Below, piece by piece: positions 18,449 through 29,325 of a DNA stretch of 64,000 nucleotides. Position 1 is the stretch's first letter, and each line of letters begins with the position of its first letter. The stretch is from NCBI GenBank assembly GCA_963835065.1, contig CAWIEK010000039.1, forward strand, positions 61,244 through 125,243. The letters run 5' to 3'. The translations under genes were made by a program, and so were the position numbers. The DNA is from an uncultured Chthonomonadaceae bacterium. GTDB lineage: Bacteria > Armatimonadota > Chthonomonadetes > Chthonomonadales > Chthonomonadaceae. The notes below the pieces were generated by a model. The model made no database searches. It had not been told where the DNA came from and was given only the letters and a program-made list of their open reading frames with translations.

Positions 18449-19444
18449 TTATTTTGTCGTCAGCGTACCCATTTTGACAACCTCGAAATCGCTGCCTTTG
18501 ATGCGTTTTAAGGCGCTGAGTTCGTCGTCGTTCCAGCGCGGGTCGGGAGCGCCGGACACGAACCAATCGCTGCCGTTGTCCGCCACGATCATGCCATAGG
18601 TTTGCAGGCATTTCAAAATTACCTGACAAGAGGCGGGGAAGTGGGAAATATCTACATTGGCTTTCAGGCGGACGCGCATGCCCATCGGCGGGAGGCTCGG
18701 GTCGGTTTTAGAACTGGCGAAATGGCGGGCGGGCGGCACGTATGCATGGCGGCTGCGCACAATCGTAAACCGCAGCGCGTGGCGGATTTCCTTCTGCCCT
18801 ACGGCTTCATCGTAGCGGACGAGGCCGGGGAAGATAGGTAGGCCGGCGGCATCGGCGGACGTCCATCCGGCGGGACGGGGCGCATTGGTTTTCATATCGA
18901 AAATCGCGCCACTGCCCGCTTTTATGCTTCTTTTGCCGCTGCTATTTTGCGGATACGCGCTGAACAGTTCGTAAAGTTTGAGGTTGTCACGGTCAAGGAT
19001 CAGAATATGCCGATCTCCCTTGCCGTTCGGCCCACCTTCAATCGGCGCATCGGGCGGAACGGGGTAGGGGCCGGGATCGCTCTCATCCTTGTACTCGAAC
19101 GTCACGGGAACGCGGGGCGTGTTGCCGGACACGACAACATAGGGAATGCCGCTCGGTGTGCCGTTGTACACCGTGCCGAAATCGGGATGCAGGGGTTTGT
19201 CCCGCCCGATACTGGCAATCAGCGCGTCGGAATTGGGATCAACCGGCGCTTTGTCAACCACCGTGTTCCACGCATCGCTTGCAGGAAACGGACGATAACC
19301 GTTCAAACCGGCATTGACGCCCAACTCCGGCTTCATTCCCTGCCGGCTCGAAGCTGCAGCCGCAAACAGAAGAAGGACAGCGCACACGCTGCCCTTCTTC
19401 CCTATTTTTCTTATCTTGGTGTTCTTGGATTCTTGGTGGTTCAA
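18449..19444 (-). CDS. Conserved secreted hypothetical protein (DESDPGPYP / GWTSADAAGLP family)
   Basis: Signal-peptide-like N-terminus; conserved-looking motifs; start uncertain. Confidence 0.85.
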   Translation of the reverse strand: MNHQESKNTKIRKIGKKGSVCAVLLLFAAAASSRQGMKPELGVNAGLNGYRPFPASDAWNTVVDKAPVDPNSDALIASIGRDKPLHPDFGTVYNGTPSGIPYVVVSGNTPRVPVTFEYKDESDPGPYPVPPDAPIEGGPNGKGDRHILILDRDNLKLYELFSAYPQNSSGKRSIKAGSGAIFDMKTNAPRPAGWTSADAAGLPIFPGLVRYDEAVGQKEIRHALRFTIVRSRHAYVPPARHFASSKTDPSLPPMGMRVRLKANVDISHFPASCQVILKCLQTYGMIVADNGSDWFVSGAPDPRWNDDELSALKRIKGSDFEVVKMGTLTTK

Positions 19445-19448
19445 TTAA

Positions 19449-20822
19449 TTACTTCCAGAGTTCGTGTATAGGCTCACATTCAGGCAGGATGGCGACGGGG
19501 CGCGATTGGGGCGTGAGCAGGGTCTTCTCGTAATCAATGCCCAATGCGCTGTAAATGGTTGCGGCCACTTCCGGCGGGCGAATGGGGCGCTCGGTAACGT
19601 ACTCGCCGCGCTCATCGGTTGCGCCGATAACCTGCCCGCCCCTGACGCCCGCGCCCGCGAATAGCATCACGCCCGCGTTGCCCCAGTGGTCGCGTCCCGC
19701 GTCCTTGTTGATTTTACTGGTACGCCCGAAGTCGCCGTACATGGCAACAAGCGTATCTTCCAATAGCCCGCGCTGTTTCATGTCTTTCAGCAGGGTGGCA
19801 ATGGACTTGTCGAAGCGGGGCAGGCTGTTGTCGCACGCCTCGAAAATCTTGCCGTGCATGTCCCAGCCGCCCTGACCGAGCAGCACGAACCGAACGCCGC
19901 CCTCGATCAAGCGCCGGGAAAGCAGCGCCTGCCGCCCCCAAAAGTCTTTGCCGTATTCTTCCTGCGTTTTCGCGTCTTCTTTGGTCAGGTCGAAGGCGTT
20001 GCGGGCTTCCGAGGAGAGGATCATCTGCGTGGCGCGCTGGTAAAACGTATCCATCGAACCTAGCTGGTCGCTGCCTTCCACGCGCCGGGCAAGATTGTCA
20101 ATGGCGTGGAGCATGTTTTCGCGTCGGGTCAAGCGCTCCTGCGGCACATCGGACAGCAGCGACAGGTTGGGAACCTGCCAGTTCTTATCGCCCACATTGC
20201 CGGATTTGAAGGACTCGTAGCGTTCGCCAAGAAACGCGGCTTTGCCCAATTCCCACGTAAACGAATGGTTTTTCGGCACGGCGACATACGGCGGAAGCGT
20301 GTTGAGCGGCGAAGTTTCGTGCGTGACGATGCTGCCGATGGAAGGATAATCGCCCCCCTGCATCACGCCGTAATTGCCTGTGAGCATCCACTGCGCAGCC
20401 GTTTCGTGGTGGTCGCTGCCCGTCACCTGCGAGCGGCACAGGGCGTAGATGTCGGTGATTTTCGCCATTTCCGGCATCATGCGCGAAAAGCGGATGCCAG
20501 CCAGTCCGGTAGGAATGGTATCGTATTTGCCCCGGATTTCCTGCGGCGCGTCAGGTTTGGGATCAAAGGTGTCGTGGTGCGTTAAACCGCCGCCAAGATA
20601 AATCAGCAGCACGTTCTTGGCGCGGGTCTTTTTCGCCATTTTGCCCGCCGCGCTTGCCGCGTTCGCGGCATTGGCTGCCGTGGTCGCCGCGTTTGCCGCT
20701 TCCAGACGCAGCATGTCCGGCAGGGTCAGTCCCAGCACAGACAGCGTACCTAGGCGCAGAAAGTTGCGGCGTGACACGCCATCGCACTGTATCGGCCCTC
20801 GCCCCGCATCCACATCCAGCAT
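19449..20822 (-). CDS. DUF1501 domain protein with Tat-like motif
   Basis: SRRNFL, GGLTHHDTFDPKP, RRLIEGGVRF, GWDMH, GDFGRT and GRDHW motifs. Confidence 0.93.
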   Translation of the reverse strand: MLDVDAGRGPIQCDGVSRRNFLRLGTLSVLGLTLPDMLRLEAANAATTAANAANAASAAGKMAKKTRAKNVLLIYLGGGLTHHDTFDPKPDAPQEIRGKYDTIPTGLAGIRFSRMMPEMAKITDIYALCRSQVTGSDHHETAAQWMLTGNYGVMQGGDYPSIGSIVTHETSPLNTLPPYVAVPKNHSFTWELGKAAFLGERYESFKSGNVGDKNWQVPNLSLLSDVPQERLTRRENMLHAIDNLARRVEGSDQLGSMDTFYQRATQMILSSEARNAFDLTKEDAKTQEEYGKDFWGRQALLSRRLIEGGVRFVLLGQGGWDMHGKIFEACDNSLPRFDKSIATLLKDMKQRGLLEDTLVAMYGDFGRTSKINKDAGRDHWGNAGVMLFAGAGVRGGQVIGATDERGEYVTERPIRPPEVAATIYSALGIDYEKTLLTPQSRPVAILPECEPIHELWK

Positions 20823-21043
20823 GAGTCCTCGTCTCCCGTCGTAACAACCACCGACTGCATTAAAGAATTCAGAACAGCCGCGAATGAACGCGAATGAACG
20901 CAAATAATTCTAAAACTTACATCATCCGGCATGAGAATAAATCTTGCGCCGCAAACCGCTTATAGCTTTCAGACAGTGGCAACGGAAAAATGTTGCGTGT
21001 TTTCCATTGCACATCGCGCATTTTCTCCACCGCCTTCTACCTT

Positions 21044-21754
21044 CTACGGCAGCAAGTCGGCAACGGCAATCAATGCTCCAAGCGCGGCAAGTGGCGAAAC
21101 TGTTTGCGTTTCCGTATAGATGGTGACTTCCTCATAACCATAGCCGTACTGCTGCGAGGCATCTACAACAGGCCGACGCCGCACTTCCAAAACGCGCCCC
21201 GGCAGGTTCAATATCCAGTAATCGGGTATGCCTGCAAAGGCGTACAAACTCGCCTTACGACGGCGGTCGGTGAGATATGTAGTATCGGCAACTTCGACAA
21301 CAAGCACTGCTGTTGTCGGATGGGACAGGCGATAATCGCGGAAGGAACCGCGCACAACCGCAATGTCCGGTTCCGGGCGACTGTGCGGGTCAATGCGTAT
21401 AGTCATCTGTGTGCGAACATCAAAGCCGACGCTAAAGATACTGCGCATGGCTTCTTCAGAAGCGCGGACGCCATAAACATGCGAAGGTTCTTGTGTCACT
21501 TTGAGCCGTATCTCCCCTCCCAACAGTTCCGCTCGTTCACCGCTTTGAAACACCCCGATTTCAATAGCGTGATCGTATGTTTCCCCACTCCAAAGATACG
21601 GCTGCCCTGTGGCGCAATCAATCAGCCTGTCGCCGCGCAGCGCCACCTGACCGGGCAGGAACAGACCTGCATCAAAGGCGCGTTCCAACTGCTCCGCCGT
21701 GAACGGGCGTAAAGGCAACTCGTAAGAAGTATCGGCAACCGCAAGAGCGCTCAT
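21044..21754 (-). CDS. Uma2 family (DUF820) endonuclease-like protein
   Basis: ELLGGEI, PEPDIAV, VVEVAD and KASLYAFAGIPDYWILNL motifs. Confidence 0.92.
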   Translation of the reverse strand: MSALAVADTSYELPLRPFTAEQLERAFDAGLFLPGQVALRGDRLIDCATGQPYLWSGETYDHAIEIGVFQSGERAELLGGEIRLKVTQEPSHVYGVRASEEAMRSIFSVGFDVRTQMTIRIDPHSRPEPDIAVVRGSFRDYRLSHPTTAVLVVEVADTTYLTDRRRKASLYAFAGIPDYWILNLPGRVLEVRRRPVVDASQQYGYGYEEVTIYTETQTVSPLAALGALIAVADLLP

Positions 21755-21891
21755 ATCTTTCTCCTGCTGCGGGGTAGGACGTTTGTGTTACATCCGGCTT
21801 TCAGGCAGGCGCAGCGCCATGCCTGTTGAAAATTTGCGCGTCCGCCGCGAAAACTGCTTGGTTATATCCTGCCTCATTATATCATGTTTGC

Positions 21892-21929
21892 GCGCCCGGT
21901 TCAACGCCGCAAAATGTTGAACCGGGCGC
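21892..21929. terminator. 14-bp perfect hairpin downstream of the 21981..22691 gene
   Basis: GCGCCCGGTTCAAC / GTTGAACCGGGCGC. Confidence 0.6.
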
Positions 21930-21980
21930 ATTTTCAATTTCAGAACGCAGAATTCGCCCGTTGACGTAAAACACGCGCAA

Positions 21981-22691
21981 CTACTTTTTGCCTTTCCCCT
22001 CGTCTTTGTCGCTGATTTTGCGCGGGCCGGAAGACACGCCCACGAATTCTTCCAGCGCGGTGTACAGGGCATTGACACCCGCTTTGGTTTGTGGCGGGGT
22101 TTTCGGACCGCCGGAAATCGCGCCGTAGCCCAAACCGCCCAACACGGCGACAACGCCTGCCGCTTGATTCTTGTTCTCCGAATCTTTCTTGATGTCGTGC
22201 TTGTCCAATACCACTTCGGCCTTGCTGACATTAACAACGAGCGCGTCCACCGCACATTCGGCTTTGGTGCGCAGGGTCGGGAACACGTAAATGGATTTGG
22301 TGTGCCATTTGAGGTTCGCGCCGATCACGTAATCCACTTTCAGCGCGCGTCCCACTTTCAGCAGGTCTTTGTCGCGCAGCGTCAGGGCTTTGTCTTTGCT
22401 TCCGGGCGTTTCGCCGGTCGCGTCCTCATAAGCCTTTTTGACCGAGTCGCCTTCCACCACGCGGTAGCCCCGCTTTTCGATAAACGTTCGCAGCGCGGCA
22501 GCGCATTTTTCGCGCGCTCCGTCTGTACCGTCCTGATTGCCGAAAGGAACTACGGCCACGCGGGGCGCGTCCGCAGGCACAGTGACGGTATCATCGGCGC
22601 GGCTCGCGGTCAGGCCCGCCATCCCCAGCATCCAGGCGGTCAGCAGAACCGTCAGGCAGAAAAACCAGTTTTGTTTCACAGAACGCATCAT
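21981..22691 (-). CDS. Exported protein with CsgG/LpoB-like alpha/beta signature
   Basis: Signal peptide ending SRA; RVAVVPFGN and KVGRALKVDYVIG motifs. Confidence 0.75.
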   Translation of the reverse strand: MMRSVKQNWFFCLTVLLTAWMLGMAGLTASRADDTVTVPADAPRVAVVPFGNQDGTDGAREKCAAALRTFIEKRGYRVVEGDSVKKAYEDATGETPGSKDKALTLRDKDLLKVGRALKVDYVIGANLKWHTKSIYVFPTLRTKAECAVDALVVNVSKAEVVLDKHDIKKDSENKNQAAGVVAVLGGLGYGAISGGPKTPPQTKAGVNALYTALEEFVGVSSGPRKISDKDEGKGKK

Positions 22692-22857
22692 TTCGCTCCT
22701 TTGCAGCGTGAGAAAGTGAGGCAGCGGACAAGAAACAGTATCGCTTCGAGGCCGTTCCTGAATAACAGAAGTATCTTCGTAATTGCTTCGCTCACAAATA
22801 CGTTATGGTTATGAAAACGTTATCTGCCGCTGTGCTTTCATTTTCCGCCAGAAGCCA

Positions 22858-23634
22858 TCACGGTTCATTCGCCAGCGCTTCGGCAATCTGCCACGCGCCC
22901 GAAGCCTGAAGCCGCGTTTTCAGTTCAACAGAAATCGCCGCATCATCCCACAAACAGCGATAAAAATCATCACAGCCATGTTCGGCATACCAGCCCGCCA
23001 TGTGCGACCAGGCAAACTCTTTAACGCTAAAGGGAGGCACATCAGGCCGCGCGTCCAGCCACTTTTGCACATGCGGCCCGCGCTGTGGATAGGCTGCCAC
23101 AATCGCCGCGCAGACAAGCCGCTCCAGCGTTTGCTGATCGGGCAGTCCCTCTCCCGGCGCATCCGCCACTTCCCACCGTACCAATGCAATTCTGACTGCC
23201 GCCCTGATCTATAACAATTTCGCCGTTGGTGTCCAATGTCGCCAAAGGATCAAACTTGGGTTGCTGAACACGGCGCAGCACATCCTGTACGCGCAAGCCT
23301 GTTGTCGTGTCACCGGGATTGGCAACATCCGTATCAGGATCAACATTGACAACAAGACGCGCAAATGGCTTTGTACCCCGCTCTGTCAAGAAGCGGTCAA
23401 GTGTCGGGAGTATATTGTCTTTACCTTGACAGGGCACAACCGCGTCAGGCCGTTGCCGGTTTGTGTGTAGTAATAAAACTGCCCTGCCGTCACGGTTTCG
23501 CCACGAATGTCCTTCGTCATGCGGCGCTTGCCGCCGGGAACAATCCTCGGATCAGTGCAGTTCAAAGACAACAATAAACCTGCCCAAAACGCGCGGTCAT
23601 GATAGCCTTCGCACAAAACAACAGACTCCGTCAC
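22858..23634 (-). CDS. DUF3226-like (TOPRIM-like) protein, frameshifted twice
   Basis: VVLCEGYHD at the N-terminus, VNVDPD in the middle ORF and TLERL in the last ORF; GTGA overlap with the ATPase. Confidence 0.65.
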
Positions 23635-24679
23635 CGCAAATCCTCCCCGATTGTCTGCGCGGGCAAAAGTGATTTCCGAACCTGCCGTTCGAGACGAGCG
23701 CAAGCAGCCCTCAACCAGCAACAACCGGTACACGCTCATCTGATTGAGTTCTTCTTCATTCTGAACTTCAAACACCAGCGAGTCAATCAAGTCCAGGCTG
23801 TGCGTAGAAATAACCACTTGAATGCCGCGCCGAATAGCCGCCCATACTGCCCGCGCGGTTTGCTGAATTGCTCCGGGGTGTTTGTAAACTTCCGGCTCTT
23901 CCAACAAAACAACCCGTGTCAGGATACGCGGCAAGTTCCAGTGACAAACGTAGTAAGTGTATAAACACCGCTTCCTGCAATGGCCGCAGGGATACTGCGA
24001 TCTTTATAGACCAAATGAATAATCGGGAGATCTTCTTCTGTTAGAATTTCTATATGAGACAATTCGGGAACAATGTCACGGATCAGGGCATTAACTTCTT
24101 CTCGACGCCCTTGCTTCGACGCTTGCGTGTACAACGTGTGCAGAGATTTGCCGTCGGCGCTAGTGTGTGCCGACTCAAGAATCCGCAGATTGATTCAACA
24201 CCATTCAGGACGACCTGTCCTGAATAACCGGCTTGACCTGTTTACTCTCCGAAATCGTAACCCTATATGTTCGTGAGGTAATTAGAGTTTCTTGCCCTTC
24301 ACATTCTTCCTGCCAATTGTCCCAGGTAGTCTGCTCGTTCATCGATCAAATTGTTCTCGGATGGATCAAGACGAATGGTACACTCACATATTTGCATCGG
24401 TTGTAACTTTGAACGTAGACTTTCTTTGCTTGCAAATACCTCAGAAGCGGATTCGCTGCTGACATAGCCATTCATAACCTTGCTTTACGCCAGGCCGTCG
24501 GTTCGCAACATAGCCTATGGCTTTCTCAGGATATTAGGATTTGCGCCGATAAGCATTGCATCAAGAACGGTGCTTTTGCCGGAGCCGTTTGTGCCGACAA
24601 GGATGACGAGGGGGGTGAAGTCGTCTAACTTCCCCTCCTGGATGCCGCGCAAGCCTTTGATTTCTACTGAGCGAATCAT
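23631..24679 (-). pseudogene. AAA_15/AAA_21-type ATPase with multiple frameshifts (pseudogene or sequencing errors)
   Basis: MIRSVEIKGLRGI...LVGTNGSGKSTVLDA at the start; AIAGSG, LLEEPEVYKHP and QVVISTHS in later frames. Confidence 0.75.
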
Positions 24680-24769
24680 CGTGGTTCCTCCCTTACTTGG
24701 AACATAGTATACTGCGTTTGCCTGCGCGGTTGAGGAACTATTTTTGTAGTTTGTAATCCGGACGTGTTT

Positions 24770-25996
24770 TCAGGGCGTTTTGGGGTTGGAATTGCCGGGG
24801 GTGGATGGCGCGGCTGGAACTGTCGGCATCGAGGGCGCGGCAGGAAGGGTGGTGTCGTTGGGCGTCAGCAGTTGCAGGGCTTCGGTATCATTGGGGTTTT
24901 GTTTGAGAACTTGGGTGAGAAGGGTTTGCGCGTCCTGCGAATTGCCGACGGCGGCTTCCAATTTCGCCAACGCGACGAGATTGTTGCGGTTGTTGGGGTC
25001 GGCGATGTAGTGTTGCCGCGCCACATATAACTTGTCGATGAGTTTGGAAAACGCCTGCGCGTTTTGGGTCATGCGGGGCGCGGCGGGATTGTGGAGTTTG
25101 GTTTGTACGGCGGCAACAGTCGTTACCCAATCCGCGCTCGGCGCGTCCGCGCGTCGCGCGCTTTGCAGGCACTTCAAGGCGGAATTGGCGTCACCCCCGC
25201 GCAGTAAAATACGCGCTTTTTCCAGATTGGCGGATGTGTCATCGGGCGCAGACGCCAATACCTGATCCAGTAACTGCAGGGCGGCGGGATCGTCTTTTTT
25301 GCCGTTCTTGCCGTATTCCGTCAGCAGCCAGGCGCGTACATAATCCGCCTGCGCGCGGCGAACGGGTTGGGCAGGCAGGGCGTCCAGTTGTTTCCAGGCG
25401 TCTGCCGTCCGCCCGTTTCTTGCCAGCATTTGCGCCAGCGTCAAAATGGCCCGCTCGTCCTGCGGAAAGCGCTGATGCGCGGCCTGCAATCCAACGATAG
25501 CCTGGCTAAACTCGCCCGCCGAGGCAAGCGCGAGCGCGTATTGCGTCATTGCCAGTGCGCAATCCGGCTCCTGCTCCAGAGCGGATTTTGCCGCCGTCCA
25601 TTCTTCCACGAAATGCGCCCCGACCGCATGAAGTTCGGCCAGGTGACAGGCGACATGCGGGGTTTGCGGCGATACTTTACGCAGCGTTTCCAGCAGTTCG
25701 ATGGCCTGCGCCGTGTTGCCGGTTTTGGCTTCAATCTGCGCCTGCGCGATATAGGCGGGGGCGTAACCGGCATTGCTTTGCATGGCCTGCGCAAACGCCG
25801 CCTGCGCTTCACTGGTCTTGCCGCTTTGCAGCAGCTTCATTCCCTGCTCATACGCCACCACTTCCGGCGCTTTGCCCGCGCTTGAACCCGCGTTTTGCCG
25901 ATGGCAGCCCGCCGTCAGCGCCGTCATGCCGACAATCAGCAGGCCAAAATAGCCGCGCTGCGGCAGGCGGCGAGCATATCTGCGCGATGTTGCCAT
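24770..25996 (-). CDS. TPR-repeat lipoprotein
   Basis: Lipobox LTAGC; repeated TPR helices. Confidence 0.88.
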   Translation of the reverse strand: MATSRRYARRLPQRGYFGLLIVGMTALTAGCHRQNAGSSAGKAPEVVAYEQGMKLLQSGKTSEAQAAFAQAMQSNAGYAPAYIAQAQIEAKTGNTAQAIELLETLRKVSPQTPHVACHLAELHAVGAHFVEEWTAAKSALEQEPDCALAMTQYALALASAGEFSQAIVGLQAAHQRFPQDERAILTLAQMLARNGRTADAWKQLDALPAQPVRRAQADYVRAWLLTEYGKNGKKDDPAALQLLDQVLASAPDDTSANLEKARILLRGGDANSALKCLQSARRADAPSADWVTTVAAVQTKLHNPAAPRMTQNAQAFSKLIDKLYVARQHYIADPNNRNNLVALAKLEAAVGNSQDAQTLLTQVLKQNPNDTEALQLLTPNDTTLPAAPSMPTVPAAPSTPGNSNPKTP

Positions 25997-26010
25997 TCTT
26001 ACCCTTCTTG

Positions 26011-26162
26011 TAACTCTTCACCACCAAGACACTAAGAACACCAAGCAGAACAAGAAGAAGGATGTTGTGAGATTGCAGGAGAGAACGAAATTCTTTGCTT
26101 CTATGCCTTGTTAGTTGCCTGTTTTCTCTTGGTGTTCTTGTCGTCTTGGTGGTGAAGAGTTA
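26011..26162. repeat. Gene-less element with (CACCAAGA)-type inverted arms
   Basis: 20-bp perfect IR (26011-26030 / 26143-26162), extending to 35 bp with 3 mismatches. Confidence 0.85.
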
Positions 26163-26188
26163 TTCCTTCTCAATACTTTCTTATGCTT

Positions 26189-27982
26189 TCAGGGACGGGC
26201 GATTTGCCGGACGCCGTTTTCCGCCGGGTTCAGAGCCGCTTGTTTTGTGGCCGCAAGCGGCAAGCGGCCTGTGATGCCCTTGCCTTCCGTGACGATGTAA
26301 CTCTGGTCGGGCGCGACATGCGCCAGCGTGTCGCGCGTCCCGGAAGGCCACTGCACTTCCACTTTGTCTATCTGCGCCGTATCGCCAAGCCCGAAGTATA
26401 CGCGCCGGTCGCTGACGGAAAGAAAGCTGGAACCGGCGCGAACCGTTCCGATGCGCTTCTTGCCCCCGGCTGTCAGTGTAAAGCGCGTATGCAGCCCATC
26501 TCGATTACTTTTTGTGCCAACTGTTTTGAAGGATACCCAATGATGCGAGGAGGTATCCCGGTTGCGAAACAATTGCGGCGCGGCGTTCTGGTTGCTGAAC
26601 AGGGCGTCGAGCCTGCCGTCGTTGTCGTAATCGCCCACCGCCAGGCCGCGCGCAATGTTGGGTTCGCGCAAATCACCCGCATGAGCGGGATCGCTGATGT
26701 CGCGGAATGTGCCATTGCCCTCGTTGTGCAGCAATTGCTTGCTTTCCTTCATCGCGTCCAAACCCTTGCCCTGCATCTGCACGTGCCCGTTGGCGATCAG
26801 CAAATCCGGCCAGCCGTCCGCGTCATAATCCAGAAACTCGCAGCCGAAGGACAGGTACGGCAGGTGCAAAGGCCCGACGCGGGAAAGCACCGTCCGATCC
26901 TCCATGATGCCATTGCCCATGTTTTTGAACAGCATGTTGGGCATGTTCTCGAAGTTGCTGACAAACAGGCTTTCGTGTCCACTTCCATCATAATCGCCCA
27001 CCGCAATGCCCATACCCGCCATCAGCGAACCGCCATTGCCGTAGCGACAGCCGACTTCCGTGCCCTTTTCGACAAACTTGCCATTGCCTTCGTTGTGCCA
27101 CAGCATATTGCCGGATAGGTCGTTGGCGACGAAAATATCCTGCCTGCCATCCTCGTCATAATCCACAAACGCAACGGCAAGCCCGCGCCCGCGTACTTTG
27201 TCAATACCCGCCGCATGGCTTACGTCCACGAAGCGCCCGCCTTCGTTGTGGTATAAAACGTGCGTGTCGGGCGGATACACTTCGGGCGAGCAGTAATCGC
27301 GCCGCCCAAGCAAATCATGGCAAACCTTGTCCGTTTGCGGCGTCCAGGCGCAATAGTAGCAGACGTACAAATCCAACTTGCCGTCGTTGTCGTAATCGCC
27401 CCAGGCTGCGCTGGTCGCGTAGCCCGCGCTGTGAATCTTATCCAGTCCCATTTTGGCGGTCACATCCGTAAACTTGCCGGTTCCCTTTTCGTTGTGGAAC
27501 AGGTGATTGCCGCCGTAGGCTGTGATGAAAATATCCTCATAGCCGTCGTTATCGTAATCGCCGATAGCGACGCCCTGCCCGTAGCCCAAATCTTTGTCTA
27601 ATCCCGACCCGGCAGTGACTTCCGTGAACGTGCCGTTGCCGTTGTTGTGGTAAAGGGCGCAATGCGGGCGGGGAGTGGTTCCATTCGGGACAAGCGAACC
27701 GGACTGAACCAGCAGAATATCCAGCCAGCCGTCGTTGTCGTAATCAAAAAAGGCGCAGCCGGCGGGCGTGGTTTCGGGAAACTGGGGATTAGCAGCCTGC
27801 GCGCCACTGGCATGAACAAAATTTATGCCCGCTTCCTTCGTGACGTTTTGAAACAAAGCGGCGGATAGGGCAGGGGCAGTTTTGTTCGGACTGTTGGGAG
27901 CGGGTGGCGTGTGTCCGCAGCCCGTCAGCCACAACAAGCAGGCAGTAAAACAGGCAGCAGAGATAGTCAGTTTGAAACGCAT
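26189..27982 (-). CDS. CRTAC1 family lipoprotein (FG-GAP/VCBS repeats + ASPIC/UnbV)
   Basis: Lipobox LTGC; many DYDNDG repeats; YFGLG...VQWPSG motif. Confidence 0.93.
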   Translation of the reverse strand: MRFKLTISAACFTACLLWLTGCGHTPPAPNSPNKTAPALSAALFQNVTKEAGINFVHASGAQAANPQFPETTPAGCAFFDYDNDGWLDILLVQSGSLVPNGTTPRPHCALYHNNGNGTFTEVTAGSGLDKDLGYGQGVAIGDYDNDGYEDIFITAYGGNHLFHNEKGTGKFTDVTAKMGLDKIHSAGYATSAAWGDYDNDGKLDLYVCYYCAWTPQTDKVCHDLLGRRDYCSPEVYPPDTHVLYHNEGGRFVDVSHAAGIDKVRGRGLAVAFVDYDEDGRQDIFVANDLSGNMLWHNEGNGKFVEKGTEVGCRYGNGGSLMAGMGIAVGDYDGSGHESLFVSNFENMPNMLFKNMGNGIMEDRTVLSRVGPLHLPYLSFGCEFLDYDADGWPDLLIANGHVQMQGKGLDAMKESKQLLHNEGNGTFRDISDPAHAGDLREPNIARGLAVGDYDNDGRLDALFSNQNAAPQLFRNRDTSSHHWVSFKTVGTKSNRDGLHTRFTLTAGGKKRIGTVRAGSSFLSVSDRRVYFGLGDTAQIDKVEVQWPSGTRDTLAHVAPDQSYIVTEGKGITGRLPLAATKQAALNPAENGVRQIARP

Positions 27983-28138
27983 GATTAAGAGATATTACGT
28001 TAAATTACGTTGTGGATGTCACAAACCAGAAAGCAACGTGGGAGATTCTCGTCCGAAGGACGATTGGCCGAAGGCCATAAAACCGGCCAAAGATTAAAAT
28101 AGGTACAAGCCGGTTCAAGCCGGAATACGCCGAAAACC

Positions 28139-29323
28139 CTACTGTGTCGGCGTAACGCTGTGATCGCGGACGATTTGCTTTACGAGTTGCTGGTACGCCT
28201 GATTTGCTTCCGCGCTTTTCGGGTTGAGTTCCAGCGCGCGGTGCAGGTAAGTCCAGGCTTTGCGATGGTCTTCCAGTTCCAGGAAGAATTTGCCCAGTTC
28301 CAGATGGGCGGCGAAGTTGTTCTTGTCCAGCGAACACTGCTTTTGCAGCACGTTGACCCGCGTTACCTGTCGGCGCAGGGTCTCGAAACGCTGCCGCGCA
28401 GCAGTGGCTTTGGCGGCCTGCCCGGTACGCGCATAAGCCGTGGCGAGTTCAAACGGCACATCCATTTTGCGCGGATACAGCTTTTGCGCCAGTTCCAGTT
28501 GGAAAATGGCTTTTGGGTACTGCCCCTCCCGCATATACACCTTGCCAAGCGCAAAGCGGGCAAAAGCGCGCAGGGGATCTATTTGCAGCGCTTTGAGCAG
28601 GTCAGCCTCGCATTGCGCCAGAGCGGAAGGCGAAGCGTCCAATTCAAAGCGCGATGCGCCCCGCATGGCGTAAGCGTCGCCTTCGTCCGGTTTGACGGCA
28701 ATCAATTTGTCCACGACAGGCAGAATTTCCGTAAACTTGCCGGCTTCGTAATACTCGCGGGCTAAAGCCAGCAGGGATTCCGCGTCGTTGGGATTGCCCT
28801 CCAAAAGCCGCTTCAAATACGTGATGTGCTGTTCCGAGTTTTCGCCCATTTCGCTCAGAAACGAGAGAATGGTCAGGGACGCTTCATCGCCGGGGTTACG
28901 CTTCAGCTCTTCCTGCGCAAGCCGCTGCGCTTCCAGTTCATTGCCCGTCCGCAGGGCGCAGGCTGCGAGGCGGGAGTAGATGTAAGGACGCTTGGGGTCA
29001 ACCCGAAGCAGTTGGTTCAGCGCCTGCGTACCCTTATCCCATTGCTCCGTCTTGATGTAAAGTTCGCTCAACAGTTCCCACAGGTCGGCATTATTGGGCG
29101 TGATTTGGGCGGCGGCCTGCCATTCCTTTTCCGCGCCCTGCACCTGTCCTGCGCGCATGAATTCTATGCCCGCGTCAATGTGGCGTTGGGCGCGCAAGGC
29201 GGGGCCATTGCGCAGCAGCACAAAAGCCCATAGCGCGGCGGCAAGGCAGGCGATGACAACAAACGCCTGCCCCTTGCGACCGCGCCAGACCTTCGGCTTT
29301 GTCGAAGAATTTCCCTGAGTCAA
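28139..29323 (-). CDS. Membrane-anchored TPR-repeat protein
   Basis: N-terminal TM helix followed by TPR repeats. Confidence 0.88.
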   Translation of the reverse strand: MTQGNSSTKPKVWRGRKGQAFVVIACLAAALWAFVLLRNGPALRAQRHIDAGIEFMRAGQVQGAEKEWQAAAQITPNNADLWELLSELYIKTEQWDKGTQALNQLLRVDPKRPYIYSRLAACALRTGNELEAQRLAQEELKRNPGDEASLTILSFLSEMGENSEQHITYLKRLLEGNPNDAESLLALAREYYEAGKFTEILPVVDKLIAVKPDEGDAYAMRGASRFELDASPSALAQCEADLLKALQIDPLRAFARFALGKVYMREGQYPKAIFQLELAQKLYPRKMDVPFELATAYARTGQAAKATAARQRFETLRRQVTRVNVLQKQCSLDKNNFAAHLELGKFFLELEDHRKAWTYLHRALELNPKSAEANQAYQQLVKQIVRDHSVTPTQ

Positions 29324-29325
29324 TT

